Assembly: GCA_017995075.1 (NCBI GenBank)
Contig: JAGOJO010000008.1
Coordinates: 1,011 to 65,010, forward strand
Source of the DNA: Bacteroidia bacterium
GTDB lineage: Bacteria; Bacteroidota; Bacteroidia; AKYH767-A; OLB10
Direction of reading: 5' to 3'
Length of the DNA: 64,000 nucleotides
The translations under genes and the position numbers were made by a program. A model generated the notes under the pieces. That model saw nothing but the letters and a program-made list of their open reading frames with translations, had not been told where the DNA came from and searched no databases. Of this stretch, positions 10,357 to 19,203 are shown in pieces; the stretch's first letter is position 1, and each line of letters starts with the position of its first letter.

Positions 10357-11109
10357 ATGAAACTTAAAGCTATTTTAATTGATGATGAGGTGAACGCCCG
10401 CGAAATGCTGGAGTGGTTACTAAAAACATATTGTCCTGAAGTTAGCCTTGAGCAGATGTGTGCCTCAGCAAAAGAAGGGCTTGATGCGATTCGGGAATTA
10501 AAGCCGGATGTTGTTTTTCTGGATATTGAAATGCCGCACATGAATGGCTTTGAAATGTTAGAGAAACTGAATGGCGACCATGACTTTGAATTAATATTTA
10601 CCACAGCATATGATCAGTACGCTATACGTGCATTTCGATACAGTGCTTTTAATTATCTCCTGAAACCGATTGATCCGGATGACCTTCAATCTACTATTAA
10701 GCGAATTCTTCAGAAGAAAGGAAATACAACACGTGAACAACTTGATCATCTTATAGAGCAAGTGAAAGCACTTACGCCTTCCGTACAACGAATTGCATTA
10801 ACCTCCGGAGATGGATTACGGTTTTTTAAAACAGAGGAAATTCTTTATTGTCAGGCAGAGAGTAATTATACTAATGTGAAGCTGGTGAATGGAGAGAACA
10901 TTCTCGTATCAAAAACACTCAAGGATATTGATGAAACGCTTTCCGGCCAGGATTTCTTTCGGGTACACAACTCTTATCTGATCAATATAAATCAGATTCG
11001 GAAATTTGTTCGTGGAGAGGGTGGATATGTTGTGATGAATGATGATCATCAGATCACGATTGCGCGTTCAAAACGTGAAGAGTTCTTTGGAAGATTCGAA
11101 CGGTTTTGA
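10357..11109 (+). CDS. LytTR-family response regulator
   Basis: 250 aa, starting 3 nt after the kinase stop. REC is seen in ILIDDEVNA, DVVFLDIEMPHMNG and LLKP. LytTR is seen in FFRVHNSYLININQI. Confidence 0.9.
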   Translation: MKLKAILIDDEVNAREMLEWLLKTYCPEVSLEQMCASAKEGLDAIRELKPDVVFLDIEMPHMNGFEMLEKLNGDHDFELIFTTAYDQYAIRAFRYSAFNYLLKPIDPDDLQSTIKRILQKKGNTTREQLDHLIEQVKALTPSVQRIALTSGDGLRFFKTEEILYCQAESNYTNVKLVNGENILVSKTLKDIDETLSGQDFFRVHNSYLININQIRKFVRGEGGYVVMNDDHQITIARSKREEFFGRFERF

Positions 11110-11126
11110 AAAAAGTAATGAACTAG

Positions 11127-11921
11127 TTAATGCGTATTTGTTCCTTTTTCAATGTTTGTGGATTTAAACATTGGCTTTCCTTTCAATGCCTGTACGAGTG
11201 TGAAAACAGCCAGTATTGCATATAAAATGATAATGATAATGGCAACGTTTCTGTTTTTCAAAAGGTACCATGATAACAATGGCAACACCTGGAGTGCATG
11301 CATCCCGATAAAGTGAGCAATTCGTGGGTCCCCGAATGTTGTTGACCAATTTAATAATGGAATGCCAATTCCCCCATCCTTTCCGCCAATGGTGTGGGAG
11401 AGGTTACTACCCATTACAAAACCTTCCAATGAGAAAATTACAAATAGAATGATTCCCCATCGGATGGAAACAAGGTAATAATCGGGCAGATCAGGAATAG
11501 TTGTTGCGAAAAAGAGATAACCGACATAGGCTGTGTAGATAGTAACAACTGTAGCCGCTATTGCCATCATGGAATACATAAACGAATAAAATGGTGTACT
11601 TAAATTAAAATGAGATAGCTGACCACGTCCCGCCTGAATAGAGATATAGATTATTTCAAATCCAAGTAGTAGAATCACTGTTAAATTAAACGGAACAACA
11701 TTGAAGTCGGGCAGATAAAAACAATACCATCCCATCGCCCACGAGAACAAAAAGGTCGACATCGAAAACTTGAATGGTTTATGCCAGGCACTTACATTGT
11801 TAACCTGTGTATTATCGAAGACTGAAGCTAATAAAAAGAAAAGCGAAAACACAAGGCAAATTAGTCCAAAGTAAAAGAGACTTTCATTTCTAAATTTTAG
11901 TTGTTCTATAAAATAGGTCAT
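11127..11921 (-). CDS. Polytopic inner-membrane protein, function unknown
   Basis: 264 aa with about 8 hydrophobic segments. The ATG at 11921 was verified. I recognised no family motif. Confidence 0.55.
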   Translation of the reverse strand: MTYFIEQLKFRNESLFYFGLICLVFSLFFLLASVFDNTQVNNVSAWHKPFKFSMSTFLFSWAMGWYCFYLPDFNVVPFNLTVILLLGFEIIYISIQAGRGQLSHFNLSTPFYSFMYSMMAIAATVVTIYTAYVGYLFFATTIPDLPDYYLVSIRWGIILFVIFSLEGFVMGSNLSHTIGGKDGGIGIPLLNWSTTFGDPRIAHFIGMHALQVLPLLSWYLLKNRNVAIIIIILYAILAVFTLVQALKGKPMFKSTNIEKGTNTH

Positions 11922-12030
11922 AATTGATTTTTCTTGTTTTCTGCTTTGGATTAATTCTACCTAACATAGAGTTTAAGCAGGTAGTATTTCCATTTCTGAA
12001 CACCAGACGCTTCAAATTGTTTTAACCTGC

Positions 12031-12597
12031 CTAATCTATTTCAATATGGTATTTGTTCAACAATCCTGATAAGCTATTTAAAGCGAATCGAGCTTTCTTC
12101 ATTCTATTATTCTCCGGGTCGATTGAAAAGTGTACAGCTGTACGGAAATCTGCCTTTTCGAGGTTTGTGTTGTTGAATGCGGCTCCGCTAAGATCACAGT
12201 GTTCAAATAGTCCGGAACTCAAATCAGCGTTGCTGAAGTCAGCTTCAGTGAGCCGGGAATTCTTGAAATGGGTGTTGCGAATTTTGCAACCCATAAAGCT
12301 AACATGATCCATTTGGCAATTATCGAAGCTGAAAGAAATGCCAATGCCATTGCAAGTGTCAAACAATAAACCAAGCAGTTTACAATCTTTGAACCGGACC
12401 GACCTGAATGAGGTGCCTGCTATTTTTGCCATACTTACATTGCAGTCAATAAATTCACATTCGTTAAATATAATTTTTGACAAATCTCCATCAGAAAATT
12501 CACAATGTTTAAATATGCAATGGTCATATTCTCCCTGCTCAAGTGGGTTCAGTGCAAAGTTTTCTTTTTCGAATGTTTTATCTTCAATGTACGTCAT
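12031..12597 (-). CDS. Pentapeptide-repeat protein
   Basis: 188 aa with runs of A(D/N)LxX pentads, e.g. TEADFSNADLSSGLFEHCDLSGAAFNNTNLEKADF. Confidence 0.8.
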   Translation of the reverse strand: MTYIEDKTFEKENFALNPLEQGEYDHCIFKHCEFSDGDLSKIIFNECEFIDCNVSMAKIAGTSFRSVRFKDCKLLGLLFDTCNGIGISFSFDNCQMDHVSFMGCKIRNTHFKNSRLTEADFSNADLSSGLFEHCDLSGAAFNNTNLEKADFRTAVHFSIDPENNRMKKARFALNSLSGLLNKYHIEID

Positions 12598-12654
12598 GCA
12601 AGATTATGGTTGCTGGTTCTTTTATTAACTCCTAAACGGATTTTCTTAGTAGTT

Positions 12655-13404
12655 TCAAATAGTTCCGTCTTGAGTAAAGAATTGTATGATTTGAGGAACT
12701 TTCAATAGTGAGTCAGTAAAGTTCTCGATTTCTTCAGAGGAAAGAATTTGGGCATTGATTTGTTTGCTATGAAAACTTTGATCTTTTTGTGGAGCTATCA
12801 AAATGGTTCTTCCCAGGGAGAGATCAAATATTCTCATATTTACCATCGCAAATGCGTGACGATCTGCAGTTTGAAAAGCGATGTACTCGATTTTTTGTGA
12901 TTTCGTTTTGTAATAACCTTGTCCGATATAATTTGGATGATTCCGTGAAATGACCTCGCTACCAACATGTGAATAATTAACAGTGTCAACTGTATCTGTC
13001 AGAACAATGATCTGAAAAAACACCTCATTCTTTTTTCCATCAATAAACGCTTTGTTAAATGGGTTGGCTCCGGCAAAGAAGGAGTTGTACAGAATCGTTT
13101 TGTCGTTTATTTTCAATTCCGATCCTTCTCCACCCGGAAAACCAAAGTTGCCGACACCCCTGAATGAGCCTTTGCCAACCAGATCATACGTCGGCACAGG
13201 ATAAACACCGCTTATCATTGGAAGCTCCGATTTGCCTTTTATGTTCGCAAGGTCGGCAAGAAGCATCTGCGTATCCCATGTTGATGAATTCTCCCGTAGG
13301 AGTACTTGATGATGCGACTGCTCCTTACTCCATGGGTTTTTATTATCCGTGGAGATACAGCCTGTAAACAGAAGCAGTAGAATAGGTAAGGCAGGTGATT
13401 TCAA
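12655..13404 (-). CDS. Lipoprotein, function unknown
   Basis: 249 aa with a TTG start. Lipobox PILLLLFTGC. No recognisable catalytic motif. Confidence 0.55.
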   Translation of the reverse strand: MKSPALPILLLLFTGCISTDNKNPWSKEQSHHQVLLRENSSTWDTQMLLADLANIKGKSELPMISGVYPVPTYDLVGKGSFRGVGNFGFPGGEGSELKINDKTILYNSFFAGANPFNKAFIDGKKNEVFFQIIVLTDTVDTVNYSHVGSEVISRNHPNYIGQGYYKTKSQKIEYIAFQTADRHAFAMVNMRIFDLSLGRTILIAPQKDQSFHSKQINAQILSSEEIENFTDSLLKVPQIIQFFTQDGTI

Positions 13405-13612
13405 GTGGTATTGTTGTTTTGGTTAGTAGGTGAAATGAAAAAACGGGAGTTTTAAATCTTTGGCCCGACTATTCATTTCATTGTCCTGCGGATTTCCGCT
13501 GGTGAAGATAGAAAAGGTAAATACAGCCCTCCAAGGGCATCTATATTTTGTATGGAATTATACGACCCAAATCCCCGGTATCGTCGCAGGATGCGTTTTT
13601 TAAAGCCAATCA

Positions 13613-13659
13613 CCACTAAACAAATCTGTCAACCGCTCAAAAAAGCTGCAATCGACTCA
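13613..13659 (+). promoter_or_regulatory. Direct-repeat element (3 heptamers, 20-bp period) upstream of fibre locus A
   Basis: CCACTAA (13613), CCGCTCA (13633) and CGACTCA (13653) are spaced exactly 20 bp apart. 13628-13659 matches 7063-7094 at 25 of 32 positions without gaps. The element ends 58 nt before ATG 13717. Confidence 0.4.
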
Positions 13660-13716
13660 TCTTTATAATAGAATGCAGTCGGCGGATTGTTCTTTTGCAT
13701 CATCAAACCCAAAGAA

Positions 13717-14007
13717 ATGAGCCAATACTTTGTATTTAAGCCCGCTGAAGTGCATCCCGGAACAGGTGAACCGCTGGAAGGAAAGTTTATCCGGATTGCA
13801 ACTTATGATGCAAAACTGGCTACTGAAATCTTTAAATCAAGATACGGGAAGGTAGAAGCATTGCAGTTCTGCTACGATGGTTTTGATTCTATGGAAATGA
13901 TTTTGAATAAAACAGAACTGGAAACATTAATACTCACTTCCTCTGGAGTATGTAGCATACTAAACGGGAATGAAATCCAATCATTTATACGCAACTCCGC
14001 CAACTAA
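13717..14007 (+). CDS. Small cytoplasmic hypothetical protein (96 aa), first gene of locus A
   Basis: The track ORF begins at TTG 13687; the first ATG is 13717 (MSQYFVFKPAEV...). No signal peptide. Its stop is 4 nt before the next ATG (14012), which suggests co-transcription. Coding status is not independently supported. Confidence 0.45.
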   Translation: MSQYFVFKPAEVHPGTGEPLEGKFIRIATYDAKLATEIFKSRYGKVEALQFCYDGFDSMEMILNKTELETLILTSSGVCSILNGNEIQSFIRNSAN

Positions 14008-14011
14008 TCTG

Positions 14012-16252
14012 ATGAAAAAAAATAAATCATATCATTCTATGTCAACCTCTCGTTTATTCGACCTATTCTTTGCAATTCTGGTCTTTATTATCATCCTCTT
14101 CGCCGGCCTTAGCAGTTTCGGTCAGGGTGTAGGCGTCAATACTACAACCCCAGATCCAAGTTCTATTCTCGATGTAAATTCTACGGACAAAGGCTTACTT
14201 GCTCCACGAATGACACATGCGCAACGCAACCTGATCAGCAATCCGGCAAACGGACTTTTGATATTTCAAACGAATACCGTGGCCAATGAACCTTCCGGAC
14301 TTTATTATTTTGATGCATCACTTCCGGGATGGGTTCGCTTCTCTGATCAGAGTAAAGACCTGGGCTGGAAAACGGATGGAAATACAGGATTGAATGCCGG
14401 TGTCAATTTTATTGGAACGAAGGATACAGCAGATCTCGTTATGCGAACAAATAATATTGAACGCATGCGTATTCAGGATAACGGGAAGGTAAGTATGGGT
14501 CCCCTTATGCCGGGATTAACTTACCCATACTCCCGTCTCGATCTTAGCGATGAAGATGGATTAAATTCAGATCTCGTTATGCGGGTTGCAGGAGGAGCAA
14601 CAGGTTATCCGCAATTCATCTTTCACAAAAGCCGGGGAACACTTGCAGCACCTACGTTAACAAGTTCAGGCGATTGGACCGGTGTAATCATTGGTCGCGC
14701 CTGGGATGGTGGAAACTGGACCAACAACTCTGCCATCATTTTAGGGGTAGATAGTACTGTATCTACCGGTCTTGCACCGGGAAATATCATTTTCTCTACA
14801 GCCAGTAAGGTCGGTAATGGCGAGAAGATGCGTATCAACAGAAATGGTCGGGTCGGCATTGGAACCACCAATCCACTAACACGATTGAACGTGGCCACAA
14901 CCGATAGTGCATGGCAAGTGGAAGCGTTACAAAACAAGAGCAGCTTCGGATGGTCTGGCTCATGGTATCTTAATAGTGCCGGTGCGTTTTCCGGACATGT
15001 TGGATACGGAAACATCAATTCACCTCGTTGGGGAAATAAGTTTTTTGCAGGATCAATTACGAATATTCCTTTTGTAATGACCACCAATGATGCAGAGCGG
15101 ATGCGTATACATGGAAGTGGAGATGTTACCATCGGAGATACGCTTCAAACAGCAAAGTTGCGAGTAGCATCAAATAGCGGCTTGCTTACACCACAACTGA
15201 TGATTGCCGAACTTGATTCTGTTGACTGGGGACGCATTGCTTTCACAAATACCAATACCAGCCGGTTCTGGCATCTCGCAGGCAGATCTTCATTGCCGGA
15301 TACAGAATCTGATTTTAATGTTTTTAATAGCAATGCCGGAAATGTGATGACCTATAAATGGAACGGGAATATTGGTATGGGTACAACAACACCTACTGTA
15401 AAGCTCGAAGTATATAGTCCCGGACTTATCCCTATGCGTGTACGATCATCGGCTCCAACAGGATATTCATTAACCCAGTTTATCAATGATGCCAACCTAT
15501 ACGGACATATTGGCTGGGGAAATAGTGGTGCATCTACATTTGCTAATACATTTTACGTAGGTACAAACTCCAGTTCACCACTTGTTTTCACCACCGCCGA
15601 TGTTGAGCGCATGCGGATTGGTACAACGGGAAATCTGGGTATCGGAATGAACAATCCGCTCTGGCGTCTGGATGTTTGGGATGTACAATCAGTAGCTCGC
15701 TTTGTATCTACCAACCATGTGAACGGTAGTGTGATTGAATTTAAAAGTCTTGTTCCCGGACCAACAGGCAACCTGGGATCAATCAACTTCAATAATCCAA
15801 CTGACAACTACCCTGGTCAGATCGCCTATACAGTAAATAATGAATTGACATTCCGTGTAGGTGGAACAGAGAAAATGCGCGTGCAAGGAAATGGATATGT
15901 GGGTATCGGAACAAATAATCCGGGAGCCGAACTCGAAGTAAATGGTTTTACCAAGCTCGGGGGCACTACAGCACCGGCGGTAAAAATGGTAAAGTTGACA
16001 AGTACAACCGGCGCTACCCAGGGCGGTTTTGTAGATATCCCATTGCCTGTACCTGCTACAAAAGTATTGGCGGTAGAAATACATGTTGAATATGTGGCTT
16101 CCACTTTTGTACCGAAAGGGTATACCATAAATGCAGGGTACGAGTTCGATTATTTTATGCAAGGCTCCAGCATTCGTATCATTAACAAGACGGCGAACTC
16201 GGCAAATATCCTGGGTAAGCCGGTGAAAGTATTGGTAACCTATGAGCTATAA
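14012..16252 (+). CDS. Fibre-like surface protein with a conserved N-terminal 'STDKG-L-PR-T-AQR' head motif and five E(R/K)MR(I/V) repeat units
   Basis: ATG 14012 gives MKKNKSYHSMSTSRLFDLFFAILVFIIILFAGLSSFGQG, a signal peptide or anchor. The head motif GVGVNTTTPDPSSILDVNSTDKGLLAPRMTHAQRNLISNPANGLLIFQT is homologous to the N-terminus of ORF 57887..59593. Five units of the type ..F.TNN.ERMRI...G.VGIGT..P...L.V begin at nt 14459, 14822, 15095, 15605 and 15869. There is no T9SS CTD. Confidence 0.7.
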   Translation: MKKNKSYHSMSTSRLFDLFFAILVFIIILFAGLSSFGQGVGVNTTTPDPSSILDVNSTDKGLLAPRMTHAQRNLISNPANGLLIFQTNTVANEPSGLYYFDASLPGWVRFSDQSKDLGWKTDGNTGLNAGVNFIGTKDTADLVMRTNNIERMRIQDNGKVSMGPLMPGLTYPYSRLDLSDEDGLNSDLVMRVAGGATGYPQFIFHKSRGTLAAPTLTSSGDWTGVIIGRAWDGGNWTNNSAIILGVDSTVSTGLAPGNIIFSTASKVGNGEKMRINRNGRVGIGTTNPLTRLNVATTDSAWQVEALQNKSSFGWSGSWYLNSAGAFSGHVGYGNINSPRWGNKFFAGSITNIPFVMTTNDAERMRIHGSGDVTIGDTLQTAKLRVASNSGLLTPQLMIAELDSVDWGRIAFTNTNTSRFWHLAGRSSLPDTESDFNVFNSNAGNVMTYKWNGNIGMGTTTPTVKLEVYSPGLIPMRVRSSAPTGYSLTQFINDANLYGHIGWGNSGASTFANTFYVGTNSSSPLVFTTADVERMRIGTTGNLGIGMNNPLWRLDVWDVQSVARFVSTNHVNGSVIEFKSLVPGPTGNLGSINFNNPTDNYPGQIAYTVNNELTFRVGGTEKMRVQGNGYVGIGTNNPGAELEVNGFTKLGGTTAPAVKMVKLTSTTGATQGGFVDIPLPVPATKVLAVEIHVEYVASTFVPKGYTINAGYEFDYFMQGSSIRIINKTANSANILGKPVKVLVTYEL

Positions 16253-16295
16253 AACGCAGAATAATAAAAACAGGAAACAATTTATTCTATATCCA

Positions 16296-17834
16296 ATGTT
16301 CAATCAAACTACTAAAATACTGCTTGTATTTGCGCTCATCATTTTATCCGCAACCGGCAAAGCACAACAACTATCGCTGAACAGCACGAATGTGTTTATT
16401 CATAACACAGCTACGATGTATGTCAGTGGGGATATTAAAACTACTGGTACAGGTTTATTTAATCTCGAAGGAGAGCTTGAATTTACCGGCGACCTCGATC
16501 ATCAGGGAGCTCCGGGTGCCTTTACGGGTGATGGTACAGTAGTACTCTCCGGCGGAGCGCAGCAGCTGGATGGTGTGCAACCAATTGATTTTCCTTCTTT
16601 AGTTCTAAATGGCGCAGGAGATAAAACGTTACTTCGCTCTGTTTCTGTAGGTGGCAGCTCCAATGCCGGGCAGCTTGATCTTCAGCAGGGAACTCTTGTA
16701 TTAAATAATTTCAATCTGTATATCCGGAATGCTGCAGCAGCAGCCATTAATTTCACAAACGGAAGTATACGAGCTGAAGATGTTGATTTTAACAGTAATG
16801 TTTACTGGTACATCGGCACTGCAGCCGGAACGCATGTGGTACCTTTCTCTAATGATGCCGGAGTGATCATTCCAATGGCAATTGACAGGGTGGCAGGAGA
16901 TGTGGATACTGTTCGCTTCTCAACCTATGCCACCAATCCGGCGAATAATCCATTGCCGAATTCTCCTATAACTGTTACGCATATCCGAAATACGAGCGGT
17001 GTAGATAATAGTGCCAACACAGTTGATAGGTTCTGGTTAACACAATGGGATGACCCGGCTGCGCTTGTGCATCTGCGCTTTAACTATGCCACTGCAGAAG
17101 CGCCTGCAAATGGAAACAATAGCCCCAAAGCCCAGCGCTGGAATCCACTCAACGATGGTTGGGATTCACCGATGACCGGTCAGTTTAACTTGTCTCCTTA
17201 CAGTGTAAGTGTGCAGAATGTTGGAATGCCCGGCGTTTGGGCGATTGCGAAAGATGGCAGCCCTTTACCAATTACGTTGCTTGATTTTAAAGCAAAAGCT
17301 AATAAGAAAGGTGAAGTTGATTTAAGCTGGATTACATTGAATGAAAAGGATAATGATTATTTTACAATTGAGCGTTCGAAAAATGGTATAGACTTCGAGC
17401 CTGTTCTTCAGTTAGATGGTGCAGGTACTTCTGCGGTTCCTTTGTTTTATTCAGCAGTAGATAAAAAGCCGTTGAATGGTCGATCTTACTATAGATTGCG
17501 TCAAACAGATTATAACGGAGAGTCGACTGTAACCGCAGCGCAATCTGTATATTTTTCAAATGGTGGTTATGTATCCGTTTCCACTTATCCGAATCCTGCT
17601 GTTGATCAGTTAACTTTTACCTTGGAAGCAGAATTTGATGAGCAGGCTGAGTTAACACTTGAAATTTTTACCGCATATGGACAAAGAGCGTTTATTGGAA
17701 GTCTGCAATCACTGGAAAGCAATACTGAAGGCTCGTTTAATTTGCCAGTGTCATCCTTTGCCCGTGGACAATATCTTTATCGAATACTTTCAGACTCAGA
17801 AGTTCTTGGAAGCGGCAAAATTATTTTACAATAG
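16296..17834 (+). CDS. Secreted T9SS cargo protein, paralogue of ORF 62360..63886
   Basis: ATG 16296 gives the signal peptide MFNQTTKILLVFALIILSATGKAQQ. Blocks shared with 62360..63886 are NTSGVDNSANTVDRFW, PLPITLLDFKA, NDYFTIERSKNGIDFE and YYRLRQTDYNG. The C-terminal T9SS sorting domain is YPNPAVDQLTF...GQYLYRI...GKIILQ. Confidence 0.75.
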   Translation: MFNQTTKILLVFALIILSATGKAQQLSLNSTNVFIHNTATMYVSGDIKTTGTGLFNLEGELEFTGDLDHQGAPGAFTGDGTVVLSGGAQQLDGVQPIDFPSLVLNGAGDKTLLRSVSVGGSSNAGQLDLQQGTLVLNNFNLYIRNAAAAAINFTNGSIRAEDVDFNSNVYWYIGTAAGTHVVPFSNDAGVIIPMAIDRVAGDVDTVRFSTYATNPANNPLPNSPITVTHIRNTSGVDNSANTVDRFWLTQWDDPAALVHLRFNYATAEAPANGNNSPKAQRWNPLNDGWDSPMTGQFNLSPYSVSVQNVGMPGVWAIAKDGSPLPITLLDFKAKANKKGEVDLSWITLNEKDNDYFTIERSKNGIDFEPVLQLDGAGTSAVPLFYSAVDKKPLNGRSYYRLRQTDYNGESTVTAAQSVYFSNGGYVSVSTYPNPAVDQLTFTLEAEFDEQAELTLEIFTAYGQRAFIGSLQSLESNTEGSFNLPVSSFARGQYLYRILSDSEVLGSGKIILQ

Positions 17835-17851
17835 CAATAGACGTTTGTTTC

Positions 17852-17893
17852 AAAAAAATAAGGCGGTCAGTAATCTGGCCGCCTTATTTTTTT
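17852..17893. terminator. Bidirectional intrinsic terminator between convergent genes
   Basis: Stem aaggcggtcag (17860-17870) / ctggccgcctt (17875-17885) has 11 bp including one G-U pair, with a 4-nt loop. It is flanked by A7 (17852-17858) and T8 (17886-17893). Confidence 0.75.
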
Positions 17894-17898
17894 AGATT

Positions 17899-18462
17899 CT
17901 ATTGTCCGGGAGGAACTGGTGCCGGAACAACATTGGCTATGGGTGGTAAACTCTTTAAGTAAGCGAAGATAGATCGTAAATCTTCGTCTGTTAGGTTCGC
18001 ATAACCTTGCCAGGGCATAAGTGGTAACAACATTCTTGTTCCCTCCATTCCCTTATACCATCCTTTACGCATGGCATTGAAGAATTGTTGTTCGGTCCAA
18101 TTCCCTATTCCTGTTACATCCGGAGTAAGGTTTGCTGCGAATGAAGTTCCCCAGGGACCTTTTGCTGCCGTTCCCATTGGGAAAAACAGAATCCAGTTTT
18201 TCGATGTAGCTGTATCTGATGGAGGTAATGGAATATTTCCGGGATGTCCCGATAACAAGAGCGCCGGATCAGGAACCGGACCTTGTTCAGTCATGATCTT
18301 TGGTGAGTGACAATCGTGACATCCTCCGATGGTTACCAGATACTTTCCACGTTCCAGACGGGTGGCTGTTGAATCACTTTCGCTGACTTTTTTTTCTGAT
18401 GCCGGAGGTGTACAGGAGTAAAGAAGACTCCCGGCGGCAAGAAGTAGAAGTAGTTTTTTCAT
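17899..18462 (-). CDS. c-type cytochrome lipoprotein
   Basis: 187 aa. Lipobox LLYSC. One haem-binding CxxCH motif (GGCHDCHSP). Confidence 0.7.
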   Translation of the reverse strand: MKKLLLLLAAGSLLYSCTPPASEKKVSESDSTATRLERGKYLVTIGGCHDCHSPKIMTEQGPVPDPALLLSGHPGNIPLPPSDTATSKNWILFFPMGTAAKGPWGTSFAANLTPDVTGIGNWTEQQFFNAMRKGWYKGMEGTRMLLPLMPWQGYANLTDEDLRSIFAYLKSLPPIANVVPAPVPPGQ

Positions 18463-18704
18463 AGTTATGTGAATAGGTTGTGGTTGGTGTGGTTAATATC
18501 GATATTTCTTTTTTTATTGGAATTGTTTTGGTAAAGATTTTTTCAACAAGAATTTTTCATATAACATGAATCGAGGAAGAATACCCTTTGATTTTACTTT
18601 TAGAGAGTTATAACGGTAGTTTTTATTTTCGGCAAAAAGACGAACTATTTGCAGGAAGGTTGTCTATAAAATCGCTCATACGTTAAATTGTAAATCCGAA
18701 ACGT

Positions 18705-18712
18705 TATTTTTG
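18705..18712 (+). promoter_or_regulatory. Candidate -7 promoter box (TAnnTTTG) abutting the start codon
   Basis: tatttttg is an exact match and ends 6 nt before ATG 18719. Confidence 0.35.
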
Positions 18713-18718
18713 CGCACC

Positions 18719-19165
18719 ATGTTGAAAGCAGCCCTTGTAAATCATTGTTTGTCCATATTAATGAATCGTGCTGCTTCAGCCGATAAACAGCTGCAGGATT
18801 TAAAAGAGGATCTTCAAGGAGAATCAAAAAGTTCAGCAGGAGATAAACATGAAACGGGCCGGGCAATGGTACAGTTGGAAATGGAAAAACTGGCTGATCA
18901 GCGTAAGGATTTGCAGTTGAAACTGGACCAATGGAGTAAAATCGATTTTTCCAGAGAAGGAAATCGCATAGAAACAGGAAGTCTGGTAATGACAGATTCA
19001 GGAAGTTTCCTGATTGCGATAGCACTTGGATCGATTGAATTTGACAAAAGCGCCGTGGTGGTTTTAAGTCCTCAATCTCCACTTGGCATTAAACTAATGG
19101 GTAAGGTGCCGGAGGATCAGGTGGAGGTTAATGGTCGTAAATTCACTATTAATTCAGTTTTGTAG
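18719..19165 (+). CDS. GreA/GreB-like small coiled-coil protein (uncertain family call)
   Basis: The track start 18710 is TTG; ATG 18719 gives MLKAALVNH.... The N-terminal half is a charged coiled-coil (DLKEDLQGESKSSAGDKHETGRAMVQLEMEKLADQRKDLQ). The C-terminal half is a small beta domain (GSLVMTDSG...VLSPQSPLGIKLMGK), resembling the Gre-factor C-terminal arrangement. Confidence 0.4.
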   Translation: MLKAALVNHCLSILMNRAASADKQLQDLKEDLQGESKSSAGDKHETGRAMVQLEMEKLADQRKDLQLKLDQWSKIDFSREGNRIETGSLVMTDSGSFLIAIALGSIEFDKSAVVVLSPQSPLGIKLMGKVPEDQVEVNGRKFTINSVL

Positions 19166-19203
19166 AGTATTGTAAGGCTTATCAGACACATTTTTACGTG
19201 AAG

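Noticed and set aside
14623-16162. Antisense ORFs (169, 62, 84, 127 and 100 aa) inside the locus A fibre gene
   Set aside because: They overlap a 747-aa ORF that has an internal repeat structure and a paralogue elsewhere in the window. Their products are low-complexity.
18645-19082. 145-aa minus-strand ORF overlapping the GreA-like gene
   Set aside because: It has no motif and no sensible start context. The + strand ORF has a -7 box, a coiled-coil plus beta-domain architecture, and fits the intergenic spacing.
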